Source: the human T2T-CHM13v2.0 reference genome, Homo sapiens. From it: a stretch of 64,000 nt of DNA. Positions 47,988 through 62,149 of this stretch are shown here, one piece after another. The translations under genes were made by a program, and so were the position numbers. Position 1 is the first letter of the stretch. Each line of letters starts with the position of its first letter. Below the pieces are notes generated by a model, which saw only the letters and a program-made list of their open reading frames with translations, did not search any database and was not told where the DNA came from. The stretch lies in NCBI RefSeq assembly GCF_009914755.1, contig NC_060925.1; one strand, given 5' to 3'.

Positions 47988-48553
47988 TTACATATATATA
48001 GTACTTTTTAGTTTGTCTTTTAATGTCTATATTTTATCATATGAACGTTCTTTATTTAACCATTCCCCTTATTGTTTGATATATAGGTTATTTCCATATA
48101 CATTTTGTGTGTTTAGTTTCTTGAGCTGTCTTGTTAAAAAAAATGAGTGGTGGTGCTGAATTTGTCTTGGTCTAGTCTACTTTGTTGTAAATGATAAATA
48201 TTTGAGACAGTTGGCCAGGTCCAGCTGGTATAGCTGATGTATGTGAAATAAAGCAGCACTCACTGGCCTTGTTGGTGCTTGAATCTGCCATTCTTACCAT
48301 CGGTAACACTTGTTCTGACCAGTGAACTAACTGTAGAGTGACCTATGTAAGTAAAAACATTGTCATTGTGAAAGTGGCTTTGGCACTTGAGGCTGGCATG
48401 TTTTTAATGGAACAAATGTTCAGATGGAAAAGAATTCAAGATGATATAGTAGTTATCTAAGATAGGTCACAGAAACACCAGACTCACACTTTCTCTAAAG
48501 CAAAAGGACTTCTCTGAGCCATAGCTTGGTGATAAATAACTTAGTGTCTAGAG

Positions 48554-48800
48554 CAGGGATCAGCAAATGTTTTCTGCAAAGGACCAGGTAGTAAATATTT
48601 TAGACTTTTCAAGCCACATGGTTTCTGTTGCAACTGCTCCCTTCTGCTGGTGTAGCACAGCAAGCAGTAGTCACACAGCCTTGCCTATTCATTTATGTGT
48701 TGTCTGTGACTGCTTTGGTCTCACAACAGAGCTGTTGAGTAGGCCTGCAAAACCTGAAAGATTTACTGTTTGGCCCTTTACAGACAAAATTTGCTGACTT
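48554..48800. mobile_element. MER58B-like DNA transposon
   Basis: cagggatcagcaaa...tttgctgac terminal inverted repeats. Confidence 0.7.
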
Positions 48801-49416
48801 CAGCCCCTGCAAACTCAGCACTCTTGACATTTGGGGCCAGTTAATTATAGGTCTAGATTTAAGAAATGCTTAGTTTGGCTGAGGGAAATTCTTTCTTAAA
48901 AAATTCTTAATGGAATTGTAGCTTTGATTCGTTGCTTAAACATCAGCTCTGATCTCAGTGTCAAATTAGAGAGGCCAAAAATGACACATGAGCATTTGAA
49001 TGCAGTTGTCCTAAACTATGAAATCAGATCATATTTTGATATGTGACACATGTTAGATCTAGAAATCTTCCTGATCTGTAGCTAGCTTATCAAATTGAGT
49101 GGTATGTACACTCTTTCTCTATCTAGGTTTAACCCATTTATAGCAGATATGAAATTTGTTCCTGCATTTCTGTGTGTCAGGTGTTCCTTTTTTATCTGTC
49201 TCTTCACAGCTGTTGGCATTTGCTAGCTGGCTATGCCTGAGCCTCAAGTGAGGCAGTATTTACAGCTCAGTTGGATGGATGCAGCAGCTAGGGTAGCTCA
49301 AGGGCAGATGAAATAGGATCCAGAATGAGAATGCTGCATCTCTCTTTGCTCTGTCTTCTTTCACATGAGGAAGAATTTCTCTCTTTCACCTCCCTGTCAA
49401 ATGAGAAGTAGTATTG

Positions 49417-49746
49417 ATTGGTTTGGTACAGTGTATAAAACATGCATCTAATGGAATGTTATTTTGGGAACTATTAGCAGCATTGGCTCTGCCGAGGCCC
49501 AAGATTTTGCCTTCTTTCCCTTTTCTCCTCCCCTTCCTTCTCCTCCTCCTTAGTAGCAGCTCCTTAGCAAATTGCAAGCTTTGCCTCTGGCTTGCTGTAT
49601 AGCAGTGGCAGTGCAAGCCTTTTCCAGTTTCCAAGGGAGACCGGGTGCTGAGACTGCAGTCTTTCCCAGCAGCCACTTACCTTTCTTGCTATTCATTTCC
49701 ACGCATCTCTTGACCTTCGTTCTGCTATGCAGGCCTGCTCGAGGAG
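49417..49746 (+). promoter_or_regulatory. PPP1R12B: Candidate TATA promoter and alternative coding first exon (MQACSRR)
   Basis: ATTGG 49417; TATAAAA 49434; ATG-free leader 49459-49726; ATG 49727; donor GAG|gtaaca in phase 2. Confidence 0.45.
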
Positions 49747-50086
49747 GTAACAGCCTGTTTTCTTGGAGCGCTCTTTGTCAAAGGGGGCAGAGGGAAAGTA
49801 GGGTGGTACAGGGAAAGGTGTACAGAGACAGCAGAGTATAAATGCTGCAGTTGGGAAAAAGTAGCTCTAAAGTGTGCTGTATCTGTGGGCTTGTTCCTAT
49901 TTGCTATATCTATAGAACTGTTTTAAAGGTGGGAACCCCAGCATTATATCGTACTACTTAAAGTACCACATATAAAAATGTAAGATTACTGTAATACTGC
50001 CTCCAGGAAGCATAGGAGAAAAATGAGAACTTTGAGAAGAAAATGGAATCAATTGCTTTTAAACTTAGCTGACTAACAAATTGCAT

Positions 50087-50372
50087 TTTTTTTTTTTTTG
50101 AGACAGAGTCCCACTCTTGTCGCCCAGGTTGGAGTGCAGTGGTGCGATCTCACTGCAACCTCTGCCTTCCAGGTTCAAGTGATTCTCATGCCTCAGCCTC
50201 CCCGGTAGCTAGGATTACAGGTGTAGGCCACTATGCAATTTTTTCTGTTTTTAGTAGAGACATGGTTTCACTGTGTTGGCCAGAATGATCTCAAACTCCT
50301 GGCCTCGGGTAATCTGCCCGCCTCGGCCTTCTAAAATGCTGGAATTATAGGCATGAGCCACCGCGCCCAGCC
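50087..50372 (-). mobile_element. AluS
   Basis: Dimer; TSD acaaattgcatt. Confidence 0.9.
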
Positions 50373-50491
50373 ACAAATTGCATTCTTGATGAAATTTTGT
50401 TAAGTTTATGTTTTATGAGTTGGATCTGGTTTTCAGGTTTGAGGAGAGGGCTTGATAATATTGTCTTTTAATTGGATTCTCGGGACTTCTA

Positions 50492-50680
50492 GAGCTGTGG
50501 TGTGCAGTATGGTAATCAGTAGCCATGTGTGGCTACTCAAATTTAAATAATTAAAATTAAATTTAAAATTTAGTTCCTCTTTTAACTGCTCAGTGACCAC
50601 ATGTGACTAGTGGCAACCATATTGGGCTGTGCAGGTATACAACATTTCCATTATTACACAAAGTTCTGTTGGTCAGTACT
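50492..50680. mobile_element. MER3/MER33-like DNA transposon
   Basis: agccatgtgtggctac...aacatttccattattacacaaagttctgttgg. Confidence 0.6.
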
Positions 50681-51712
50681 AAAGAAAGTAACCTATGAAA
50701 TATAAGAAATGTAGTATTTGGCCAGACTGAGAATAGACATTTAGTGAGGAGACTTAGAGGCCGTTTGTTCAGAATCAGTATAAATTTGGATTCACCATGG
50801 TTTAAAGCTAAATGGGATCTTTAAAATTTTAGATTTACCCCTTTGTTTTACAGATGAAGAAAACTAGAGTTCCAAGAGATTAAGTGATTCTCTTAAGACC
50901 AAACAAGTAATTAATGGCAGAGCTAAAATTAGAACCCAGGTGCCTGTTCTTTCTATTGTACCATAGTATTAGCCTCCCGTTCCCAATTAGGAACAGCAAG
51001 GAAAATTTGAACTAAAATTTACCTCATAGGGTCCTAGCAACTGTAGAGTCAACTGCATCCTCCAAAGAAGAATTTATCCCTAATATTTTTAATGTTTATA
51101 GTTTGTTCATGGCAGTCTTATAGCATGTTGACGGAAATTTCTAGAAATGTAAAAATCATACTTTCCCAAGAATGGAGTGTTGATTATGACAGACTTTTGG
51201 GAAATGTCAGGGGATGCTAGGAGAAGTTTAATGCAGGACATTGTTATCCATTAGTTCCCGATATTGCAGGATTTGCTAGAAGAAATGTCTTGCTACATAA
51301 ATCTACATAGCTAGAAATACCATGGTACTGAGTGGAGGAAACAGTGTTCATTGTGGTGCAATATAAGAAAAGCTGTACCTGAAGCAGGAGAACATGGTTA
51401 AAATCCCTTTAGGTATATAACGTTGTTACTTGGGTGTTTTAGCATCTCCTTAGGCCTTTATTGACTCATCCGTAAAATAGGAATACATTTTTTGTGTCTA
51501 CCTGAAGTCTTAGAATTAGATCAAATGACATCTTGAATTCATAAAGTCTGTAGGCATAGGTCTGTGATTCCCGTGATCCCCCTAAGTCTGTCCCCCTGCC
51601 CCGGCCCCCAGTAGCTATCCATATGTACTTCCAGGTTGATATTAAAGAAGGTTTTTTTGGGATCTCTGAAGAACTTTTGTCGATGTAATCTTATGTTAAT
51701 ACACAGGACATT

Positions 51713-52016
51713 GACTGGGCATCGTGGCTCATGCCTGTAATCCTAGCACTTTGAGAGGCTGAGCCGGGCAGATCACCTGAGGTTAGGAGTTCGAGACCAG
51801 TCTCGCCAACATGGTGAAACTCCATCTTCTCTATTAAAAAATGCAAAAACTAGCTGAGTGTGGTGGCATGCGCCTGTAGTCCCAGCTACTAGGGAGGCTG
51901 AGGCGGGAGGATTGCTTGAACCCAGGAGGCAGAGGTTGCATTGAGCCTGAGATTGTGCCACTGCACTCCAGCTTGGGCAACAGAGTGAGACTCTGTCTCA
52001 AAAAAAAAAAAAAAAA
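51713..52016 (+). mobile_element. AluS
   Basis: Full dimer. Confidence 0.9.
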
Positions 52017-52167
52017 GATATAGTTCAATGAATAATAAACTATCTTATAAGACCATTAGATATTCTGTAATTAATGACCACAGCATCCTCAGTGGTCAGT
52101 ATTAGATATATACTATAAGATATTTATATAGTGTGTCTTTAATTATGTTTTTATATATTATAAGCTA

Positions 52168-52527
<360 letters not shown>

Positions 52528-53356
52528 CTATAAAAGCTATATACTCAACTTAGTTCCTTTCCTGTTTGGAGTGAACATGTTTAAATACCATTCTCTCCTC
52601 AACAGATTTGAGGTATAGGACTCTAAAGCTACTTCAAAACCCAATTTCCCATTGGATTCCAGACAAAATTTATTTTGTTATCATTCTAGAGAAAGCAGCG
52701 TTGTTCTCTCCTTGGAAATTATGATTATTTCTTTTTTCATTCTTCTACTTGGAGTAGTTTTATTTTACTTAGGTAACCCTATGAACCTTCATGGAGAATA
52801 TTTCAAGGGAATTAAGTCCTCTTCCAAATGAGTTAGCCATACCTGGTAAAAATAATTAAGGGGAACTCTTTGATTAAGATGTGATGAATATTGTAGCACA
52901 CCTATCCTTTCTTTATTTTCCAAATTATTACTGATGAGCTTTTAATATGACAATGAAAATAATGTAGTAGTAAGAGTGTTGGTCGTGATGATAGTAGTTC
53001 TGGTCATGGTAGTAGCAGCAAACGTGTGCCAGGTTCTATTCTAAGTGCCTTACATGGGTTTGCATTTAATCTTCACAACTCTATTAATATATCTGTATAT
53101 ATCTGTTACAACTGCTCATATCTTCATTGTATAAGAAACTCGGGTATAGAGTGCTTAAATAATTTATCCACAATCACCTACCAAGTAAGCTGAGAAGCCA
53201 TGGTACAAACCCAGGCAGTATGATTTTTATGCCAGGGTACTTTATCACTACACTATACCTGTCAAAAGACAGTTTAGGTCTTTTATTATTATTTATTGTG
53301 ACTTTTAAAATATTCACTGGTGATTTGCTGGATGTTTTGCACAACTTCCTTTTTAT

Positions 53357-53475
53357 TTTTCTTTTCTTTTCTTTTTTATTTGAAACAGGCTCTCACTCTG
53401 TCACCCTGGGCTAGAGTGCAGTGGTGCAATCATGGCTCACTGCAGCCTTGACTTCCTGGGCTCAAGCAATTCTCC
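53357..53475 (-). mobile_element. Alu right-arm fragment
   Basis: T-rich tail plus 3' part of AluJ. Confidence 0.78.
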
Positions 53476-53940
53476 CAAAACAACTTCTTGAGGCAGAATT
53501 TGTCCATTTATAGTGTGTGAAGGGGCAGTATAAACTTTAGTGACAAAGTACAAAGTGTATCTTTGAAGTCATGCTTAATTCTCTGTAATCAATTATTTGA
53601 ATGCCACTGATGGTGTAATCTCAATATCATACCAAATACAAAGAAAAATTCTTCCTGCCCTCTAGGAAACATAGTAGATAGAGATGGTAATAGGAGGACT
53701 TTGGCATCTGAATTCCTTCTCATGCTACTAAACTGTGAGTGTTAGCCTGGTTTTTTCCGGATGCCAGAAGGCGAGGGGATAGATGAGAAGCCATGGCTTC
53801 CATTATTTTTATTTCTGTTTTGTGAGACTGTATCTGTCTTCTTTGCATAGCAATGAAGAATCCTGTAGCATTCAGATTCATGGATGGCTGCAATGCTTCT
53901 CAGAAAAATCAAGGAGTGTGGAGTGAGGGCTTGCTCTACA

Positions 53941-54112
53941 TAGGGGTCAGCAATATTTTTATATAAAGGTTCAGATAGTGATTATTTTGGCCTTTGCAGG
54001 CCATGTTGTCTCTGTTGCAGTTACTAAACTCTGCTCTGTGATTCCAATAAAACTTTATTTACAAAAATGTTGCAGGCCAGATTTGGCCCAAGATCATAGT
54101 TTGCTGACCAGC
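53941..54112. mobile_element. MER58A-like DNA transposon
   Basis: taggggtcagcaa...tttgctgacc terminal inverted repeats. Confidence 0.7.
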
Positions 54113-55039
54113 TGGTCTAGATTTTAGAAAGTGTTACAGAAGGACTTAGTCTCTACTGAAAACGTAGTATGTTCTCAACGCAGCTATAAGTTAGGCACAT
54201 TACTTCTGTAATCTTTGGAATGCCCATCTGAGATAAAGAAAAATGAATGAAAATGTTCCTTCAAAAACATTTACAGTTCAAGTACTAGAATTTATGGGTT
54301 TTGTTTTTATATATTTTTTCTTAAATAGTAAAACTCTCATATATTGACACAGGTTACAGAATAATATGTGTGATATTCATAGTATATAGTTTTTATAGTT
54401 TTATAGTTTATAAAAAACTATATATAGTTTGTATAGTATATATTTACATACAATCTGGACTTATATGCAGTAAAATAAAAATGAGATTATCTCCATGTGG
54501 TGGAATTTTAGTTGATTTTTGTTTTCATATTTTTGTCTGTTTTTTCCCCTGGGGAAAAAAAGCAGTGTGATTTCACATGTGTGATTTCAGATATTTAAGA
54601 TTCCAAGTCAGGTAAAATATTCCTGATCTTACCTACCAGGTTTTTATGAGCTCTGTTTCTCTCATTCAAAAAAACTCTCTAGAGTAGGCAGTAGGATAAG
54701 GGAGCCCTTTTTCTTTCACTGTGCCTTCTGTCCTGTATGCAAAGAAGAGATAAAGATCAAGAATTCAGTATAATAGTGATACTGTATGTTTTGCAGGTAG
54801 AAATAACACGTGAGTAGGTTTGCTGGTAATCTAGACAGAAATTCATGGGAAGTTAGTTCTCACCAATTCCAGTATCTGGACTACAGCTTTAGTTTTGGGA
54901 CTTAATTTTTTTAGTTCACTCAGAGGCGAGGAATATATTAAGGAAATATGCAAACCTACCAAACTATAGCATATTGACACACGTATTGGAATTCCAATTT
55001 ACTAATTTACCTTGAGGGAAAAAATATGAGTATTAAAAA

Positions 55040-56225
55040 CATTGCCTGGTTGGGGACTTCTGCTTCAGTCTGTGGCATATTTTGTTTATGTAAAATCTTC
55101 CACTGAGAATAACTAGAAAAAACTGGATAAATATAAGAAAAAAGTTTTTGAAGGTACTTGAGAGTTACAAAGCAAGTGAGAACTTGAGGGATCAAGATCC
55201 TGGAGAGAAGGAAACCTTAAAAGGGTAAACCCAACATTTGGCTCTACTTTTCCCCTTGAGGTATTTGCTGATTAGTAAAGCAGTGGCTATGAGCCTGAGA
55301 AACTGAACAAGATTTTCGTAGTCTCATGGGACTCAGGGAATGATTGGAGTTCAGAAAGAGAGCCTAGCGGATACCCCAGACTTTGATTTAGAACCACTGA
55401 AGGGCTACATTCTAAGGGCTTACCAGAAATAGACCAGCCCTTGAAAAGACTGAAGCCTAGCTTCCAATCAGCTCAGTCTCAAAGTGGATTAAGGTACTTT
55501 GCCTTAGTCTCCTGGTTCTTAAAATGTGGTCCCCAGACCAGCAGTGTCATCTGAACTAATTAGAAATGCAGATTATCAAACCCCTACACCAGACCTGCTG
55601 AATCAGGACCTCTGGTGGTGTGGTACTCAGAAATTTGTATTGCATAAGCCCTCAAAGTGGTTCTGATACAAGTGAAAGTTTAAGAACCACTTCCTTAGCC
55701 TAACTGCCAGGGGGAAAAAATATCCTCTCTGAAGGGTAGCAACAACAATCATGAGTTATCACTCACTACATTTTTTTATTAAATATGCCTGATGTTATTT
55801 TAAAAATTAGCATACATACCAAGAAATAAGAGTTACCAAAAGACCAAAAGAAAAAATAGACAATAGGAACAAGTCCAGATACTGATATTATCAGACATGG
55901 ACTTTAAAATAATTGTGATTAATATGTTCCAGGAAGTAGATAAGAAGTAGAGATTTTCACCAGAGAACTGCAGTCTGTTAAAAACAATCAAGTGGAAATT
56001 CTAGAAACAAAAAATCACTGAAATCAAGAAACTCAGTTGGTGAGTTTGCAGTAGTAGACCAGCTAAAGAAATGATTAGTGAACTGAAAGATTGGACAGTA
56101 GAAAATATCCAGAATGAAGCACAGAGAGATAAAAGGCTGGAAAATGCAGAAAAAGCATGATAAATCAGTAGAACATGGCCAGTAAGGTCTAACATAAATG
56201 ATTGGAGTCCCAAGAGAAGACAGAA
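55040..56225 (+). mobile_element. Ancient L1M 5'/ORF1 fragment interrupted by MER5A
   Basis: ORF1-like A-rich coiled-coil sequence (gaaatgattagtgaactgaaagattggacagtagaaaatatccagaatgaagcacagagag). Confidence 0.6.
55513..55692. mobile_element. MER5A DNA transposon
   Basis: tggttcttaaaatgtggtccccagaccagcag...aagtttaagaaccact. Confidence 0.75.
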
Positions 56226-56229
56226 GCTA

Positions 56230-57364
56230 GCTTCATTTTTCACAGAACACCGCTTTTACTTCAAAGCATTACTGATGGTCAAACAATGGGTATTCACACC
56301 TGAGTAATTTGGCAGACATTTTCTTGAAAATAAAGTCAACCCATTGAGTATTTGTTGCCAATTAAAAATTTATACTTTCAAGCAGAAATTAGAATTTTAG
56401 AAAACTTATATGCTACCGTGAGTAATATTATTGACAGCTTCCCAATACTTAAAGACTGTTCTAAGATCAAAGGTGATATTAAATAATTTATTTTTACTAT
56501 TATTATATAATGTAGTATGTCAATATTGGGAAGATCTGCTTAATGCAGCAATATTTTACAAATGCACCAATATTTTACAAATGACTAATGAAGATATGTT
56601 ACAAAATCATGCATGACTAAGAAGATTCTTTGAAAGTACAAGATAGACCAAAGGATTTCAATGTAACAGAATATGAAAAATCTATTAATATGTTTTAGAG
56701 CAGTGTTCCCCAACCTTTTTGGCACCAGGGACTGGTTTCATGGAAGACAATTTTTCCACAGACTGGTGGGGGCATGGGGTGTTGGGGGCAGTGATGGTTT
56801 TGGGTAAAACTGTTCTGCAGATCATCAGGCATTAGTTAGATTCTCATAAGGCATGCACAACCTAGATTCCTGGCATGGGCAGCTCACAATAGGGTTCACG
56901 TCCCTATGAGAATCTAATGCCGTGGCTGATCTGACAGAGGGCAGAGCTCAGGCATCAATGCTCACTTGCTCACCTCCTGCTGTACAGCGTGGTTCCTAAC
57001 ACGCCACAGATCAGTACTGGTCTGCAGCCCGGGGGTTGGGGACCCCTGTTTTAGAGTACACATTGTAACTAACCACCACTTGTGTTGGTGTAGCATCAAA
57101 GAAAAATATCTCCCGATTATCTGAGAAAGCTATCACAATACTCCTCGCTTTTCCAACTATGTATTTGTGCAAGACTAGATAGTCTTTATATATTTTAACC
57201 AAAACAATATATTGACTGCATAAACAGATAAGAGGATCCCACTGTCTTCTATTAAGCCAACATTAAAGAAATTTATGAAAATGTAAAACAATGCCACTCT
57301 TCTAATTTTTTGTTTTGGAAGATATAGTTTTTTTAATAAAAAAAATATTGATGTTAAAATGTAT
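56230..57364. mobile_element. Charlie1-like DNA transposon hosting MER1B and the L1MA; resumes ~61990-62148
   Basis: Charlie1-type phrases (ttggcagacattttcttgaaa, ttgacagcttcccaatacttaaagact); terminal tttgagaaccactg at ~62130-62143. Confidence 0.65.
56701..57048. mobile_element. MER1B (hAT-Charlie) DNA transposon
   Basis: Termini cagtgttccccaacc / ggggttggggacccctg; 8-bp TSD TTTTAGAG at 56693-56700 and 57049-57056. Confidence 0.88.
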
Positions 57365-59074
57365 TAGGGCTATTATTTTCTTTTTATTTTAAAATTTATT
57401 TGACACATTACATATTTATGGAGGTACAGTTTGATGTTTTGATGCATATCTGTGTTGTATAATGATCTAATCAGAGTAGTTAGTATATTCATCATCCATG
57501 CATTTATCATTTCCTTGTGGTAAGAACATTCAAAAGCATCTCTTTTACCTATTTTGTAATATACAATATTTTGCTTTTAACCATAGTCACCTTACTCTGC
57601 AATAGAACATCAGAATTTATTCCCCCTGTCTAATTATAACTTTGAACCATAAACCAACCTCTCCCCATCCTTCTCTCACCTCTTCCCTCCCCAGTCTCTG
57701 GTAACCACTGTTCTACTCTCTGATTTTATGATATCAACTCCCCCCACCTTTTTTTAGATTGCACATATTAGTGAGATCATGCAGTATTTTTTTTTTCTGT
57801 GTCTGGCTTATTTCACTTAACCTGATATCCTCCAGGTTCATCTGTGTTGTTGCAAATGACAAGATTTTATTCTTTTTTTTTAATGGATGGATACTGTTCC
57901 ATTCTGGATATACACATTTTCTTTACCCATTCTTCCATTTTTGAGGACTCAGTTTCATATTTTTGTTAACGTAAATAGTGCTGCCATAAACACGGTAAGG
58001 CAGATAACTCTTCAATATACTAATTTCCTTTCCTTTGGATGTGTACACAGTAGTGGGATTGCTGAATCATATGGTAGTTCTATTTTTACGTTTTAAAGGA
58101 ACCTCCATACTGTTTTCCACAATGGCTGTACTAGCTTACAGTCCCACCAACTTGTGTAAGTGTTCCCCTTTTCTTCACATCCCTGCCAAAACTGGTTTTC
58201 TTTTGTCTTTTTGATAATGGTCATTCTAAGTGGTGTGAAATGGTACCTATTGTGGTTTTGATTTTCATTTCCCTGATGGTTTGTGATGTTGACCATTTTT
58301 TCATATACTCATTAGCCATTTGTATGACTTCTTTTGAGAAGTAAATGTCTGTTAAGGTCTTTTGCCCATTTTTAAAATCAGGTTTTTGTTTTTTTGTTTT
58401 GTTTGCTGCTAAGTTCCTTATATATTCTGGATATTAACTCCTTGTCAGATGTATAGTTTGCAAATTTTCTTTCCCATCCTTTAGGTTGTCTGTTTACTCT
58501 GTTTAATAGTTTCCTTTGCTATGCAAAAGCTTTTTAGTTTGTTGCAATCTCATTTGTCCATTTTTGCTTTTGTTTCCTATGCTTTTGAAGTCTTATTTAA
58601 AATATCCTAGCTTAGCCCCATGTCATGAAGCATTTCTCCTATGTTATCTTCTAGGTAGTTCCATAGTTTTGGGTTTCCATGTTAAGTCTCTAATCTACTT
58701 TGAATTGATTCTTGTATGTGGTGAGAGGTAGGGATTTACTCTCATTCTTCTGCATGTGGATGTCCCACTTTCCCAGCAGCATTTATTGAAGAAACAGTTT
58801 CTCCCCTAATGTGTGTTCTTGGCACCTTTGTCAAAAATCAGTTGGCTTTAGGTGTGTCAATTTATTTCTGGGCTTTCTATTCTGTTCCATTGGTCTACGT
58901 GTCTGTTTTTATGCCAGTACCATTCTGTTTTTGTTATTATACATTTGTAGTATATTTTTAAGTTATGTAGTGTGATGCTTCCAGCTTTCCACTCAGAATT
59001 GCTTTGGCTATTCATTTTTTTTTTCTGGTTTCCTATGAATTTTAGGATTTTGTTTTATTTCTATGAAGAACACC

Positions 59075-59151
59075 TTTTTTTTTTTTTTTTTTTTTGACAT
59101 GGAGTCTTGCTCTGTCGCCCAGGCCAGAATGCAGTAGGCGCAATCTTGGCT
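59075..59151 (-). mobile_element. Alu 3'-end fragment
   Basis: Poly-T then gacatggagtcttgctctgtcgcccagg...tcttggct, abruptly joined to the gag fragment. Confidence 0.8.
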
Positions 59152-59153
59152 AA

Positions 59154-59258
59154 GATATTAACAAGAAATTACAAAAGATAGAGAACTGGAAAGATAAACC
59201 TATGGAAGAGCTTCTAAGAGAAGCCCAAAAAGTATATGTAAAAAGAGAGAAAGACTGA
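59154..59258 (+). mobile_element. Gammaretrovirus-like gag (capsid C-terminal) fragment
   Basis: Translates to DINKKLQKIENWKDKPMEELLREAQKVYVKREKD*, like the DI.KKLQ.LE...LL.EA.KVY..RE motif of class I ERV Gag. Confidence 0.7.
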
Positions 59259-59289
59259 CAGAGGGAACAGAGGAAGTCTGTGCCCAAAA

Positions 59290-59519
59290 TCCCAGTGAGT
59301 AGTTTGGTGGGAACGACGGTTACAGAACAGGTGACTCAGGATGACTCAGGTCAGAGCAGGTGATAGAGGCTAGGAGGGGGTTGTTTACTGAAGCTAGAGG
59401 CAAGAGGGTGAAGAGAACCAGGAAGTTAAGCTTTAAAATGGAGAATAGAGAATAAGAGAGCTGAATATACTGGCATACTGATTCTTTGAAGAGAAACTTG
59501 GAGTTCACTACATTTAACA
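59290..59519 (-). mobile_element. LTR10 (HERV-I/HERVIP10) LTR 5' fragment
   Basis: Reverse strand begins TGTTAAATGTAGTGAACTCCAAGTTTCTCTTCAAAGAATCAG; tandem AP-1 TGACTCA at 59332 and 59342. Confidence 0.75.
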
Positions 59520-61640
59520 CCTACTGTTATAGTATTGCAGTCTATCTCTCCCTTTACCTCTAATAATATTTGCTTTATATATCTGGGCGCTCTGGTCTTG
59601 GATGGATGGATGTATTTATAGTTTTTATATCCTCTTGCTTAATTGTACCCTTTATCAATGTCTGATGACCTTCTTTGTCTTCTTTTACAGTTTTTGACTT
59701 AAAGTCTGTTTTATCTGACATGGTTACTCCTGCTCACTTGGTTTCCATTTGCATGGAATATCTTTTTCCCTCCCTTTACTTTTATTCTATGTTTGTCTTT
59801 AATGGTTAGGTGAGTCTGTTTTAGTCAGTATATAGTTGGGTCTTGTTTTTAATCCGTTCAGCCACTCTATATCTTTTAATTGGATAATTTAATCCATTTA
59901 TATTTAAGGCTATTATTGATAAAGAAGGTCTTACTCCTGCTATTTTGTAAATTTTTTTTTCTGGTGGTTTTATAGATCCTTCGTTCCTTTCTTCCTCTTT
60001 TATTTACTTCTGTGGTTTGGTGGTTTTCTGTAGTGCTGAGCTTTGTTTCCTTCCTCTTTCTTGTTTGTGCCTCTGCAGTAATTTCTTTCTTTCTTTGTGG
60101 CTACCATGGGGCTAACATTAAAAGTCTTATAATAGAATGTTTTAAGCTGATAGCAACTTAACTTTGGTTGCATTAAAATACTCTAGACTTCTCTCTTTTG
60201 TTTCTGTAATTTACTTTTTTACCTGTGATTGTATTCCTTAGCTACTAATTGTAAGTGTCACGGGTTTTGACCATTTTGACTTTAAACCTTCGTACTAGAG
60301 GACTGAGAGACTTACATAGCACCATTAAATCACTGGGCTAGTCTGAATTTGATTTATGAATTTACCTCTATTGGTGAGTTTTATACTTTTACATCTTTTC
60401 ATGAAAATAATTATAATCTTTTATTTCCAGTTATACCATTCTCTTAAGTATTTCTTGTAAGGCTAGTCTAGTGGTGATGGGTTTTTCTCAGCTTTTGCTT
60501 GTCTGGGAAGGTCTTTATTTTTCCTTCATTGGTGGTTGATAGCTCTGCTGGATATAGTATTCTTGGCTGACAGGTTCATTTTTTTCCCCCAAACACTTTG
60601 AATATATCATCTCATTCTCTCCTGGCCTACAGGATTTCTCCTGAGAAATCCAGGGGTACAGGGCTGCTGCTTGACCAACTATCAGGCCAAGCATGGGTAC
60701 AGCAGGGCCACACAACCCTGCAGTGGTCTGTCTTTGGGGCAGGGCTGCTGCTAGACTGGCTGTCAGGCACAGTGGTGTGTGGCCACAGCAGGGCTGGGTG
60801 GTTCTGCAGCGGTCTGAGGGATGGAACCACGGTAGAACTGGTTGTTGGGCTGGATGTGGGTGTGCATAGGTTCAGCTGGCCAGCTAGCTGTGCAGTGCAG
60901 GTATGTACCGGTGAGGGGACTGGCCAGCAGTTAGGCAGTTTCCCCCCTGTGCAGCTTTGGCTGTTCCTGGGGTTGGGAGGGTAGTGTGCCACATGGGTTC
61001 AAGAGCAGAGGTCTCAGTTGTTGCATCTGGCTAGGCTTCAGGCAGCTAGGATTGTAGTGCTACAGGTGCCTGTGTGAACATGGTAGAGTGATGGCAGGGC
61101 TACAGGAATGGAGAAAGTCCATTCCTGTACTGGACTACAGGGAAGGGCACATTCTAGTAGTAGGTTCAGTTTCAAGATGGTGCTGAGTAGCAGCAGCTTA
61201 GGATGTGAGGGTGGGGGGCAGGGGGTGCTCAAGGTGAGCTCCTACTCTAGGCAAAGTTAACTGTATGAACTCTACTCTCCAAACTGGATTCAGGGCCTGT
61301 GAGGACAGAGGGACTCTCCTATAGCAAGAATTTCTGGCATTTGTGGTAGCAATGGGGATCACTGGTGATCTCCAGCTTACGTTTTTCCCTTAAGAAGCCC
61401 CCTCTGGCTCCAGGCTGATCCTGGTAGGGAAGACAGTGTGGCAGAAGCAGAATACCTTGCTCCCCTCTCTATGGTGCTGCCCTGGACTTTTGTCTTCCAC
61501 AGGGATTTTGCTGTTCCCCTAGTGCTCTCCCGAGTACTTCTTTGGTCATTTTAATTGAAATATCGTTGTTTATTCATTGTTTTGGTCCCTTTTTGTGGAG
61601 AGGATGGGCTTTAGGTAACTCAATTTGGCCATCCTGCTGA

Positions 61641-61979
<339 letters not shown>

Positions 61980-62149
61980 GCTATTATTTTTAAATAAATT
62001 AATAAATACATTTTTTAATTTTTAAATTTTAATTTCTAGTAAGATAAATATTAAACCCCATATAAACAAAAGCTCTCTGGGGTTCTCAATAATTTTAAAA
62101 AATATTAAAGGATCTTGAGACCAAAACAATTTGAGAACCACTGCTCTAG

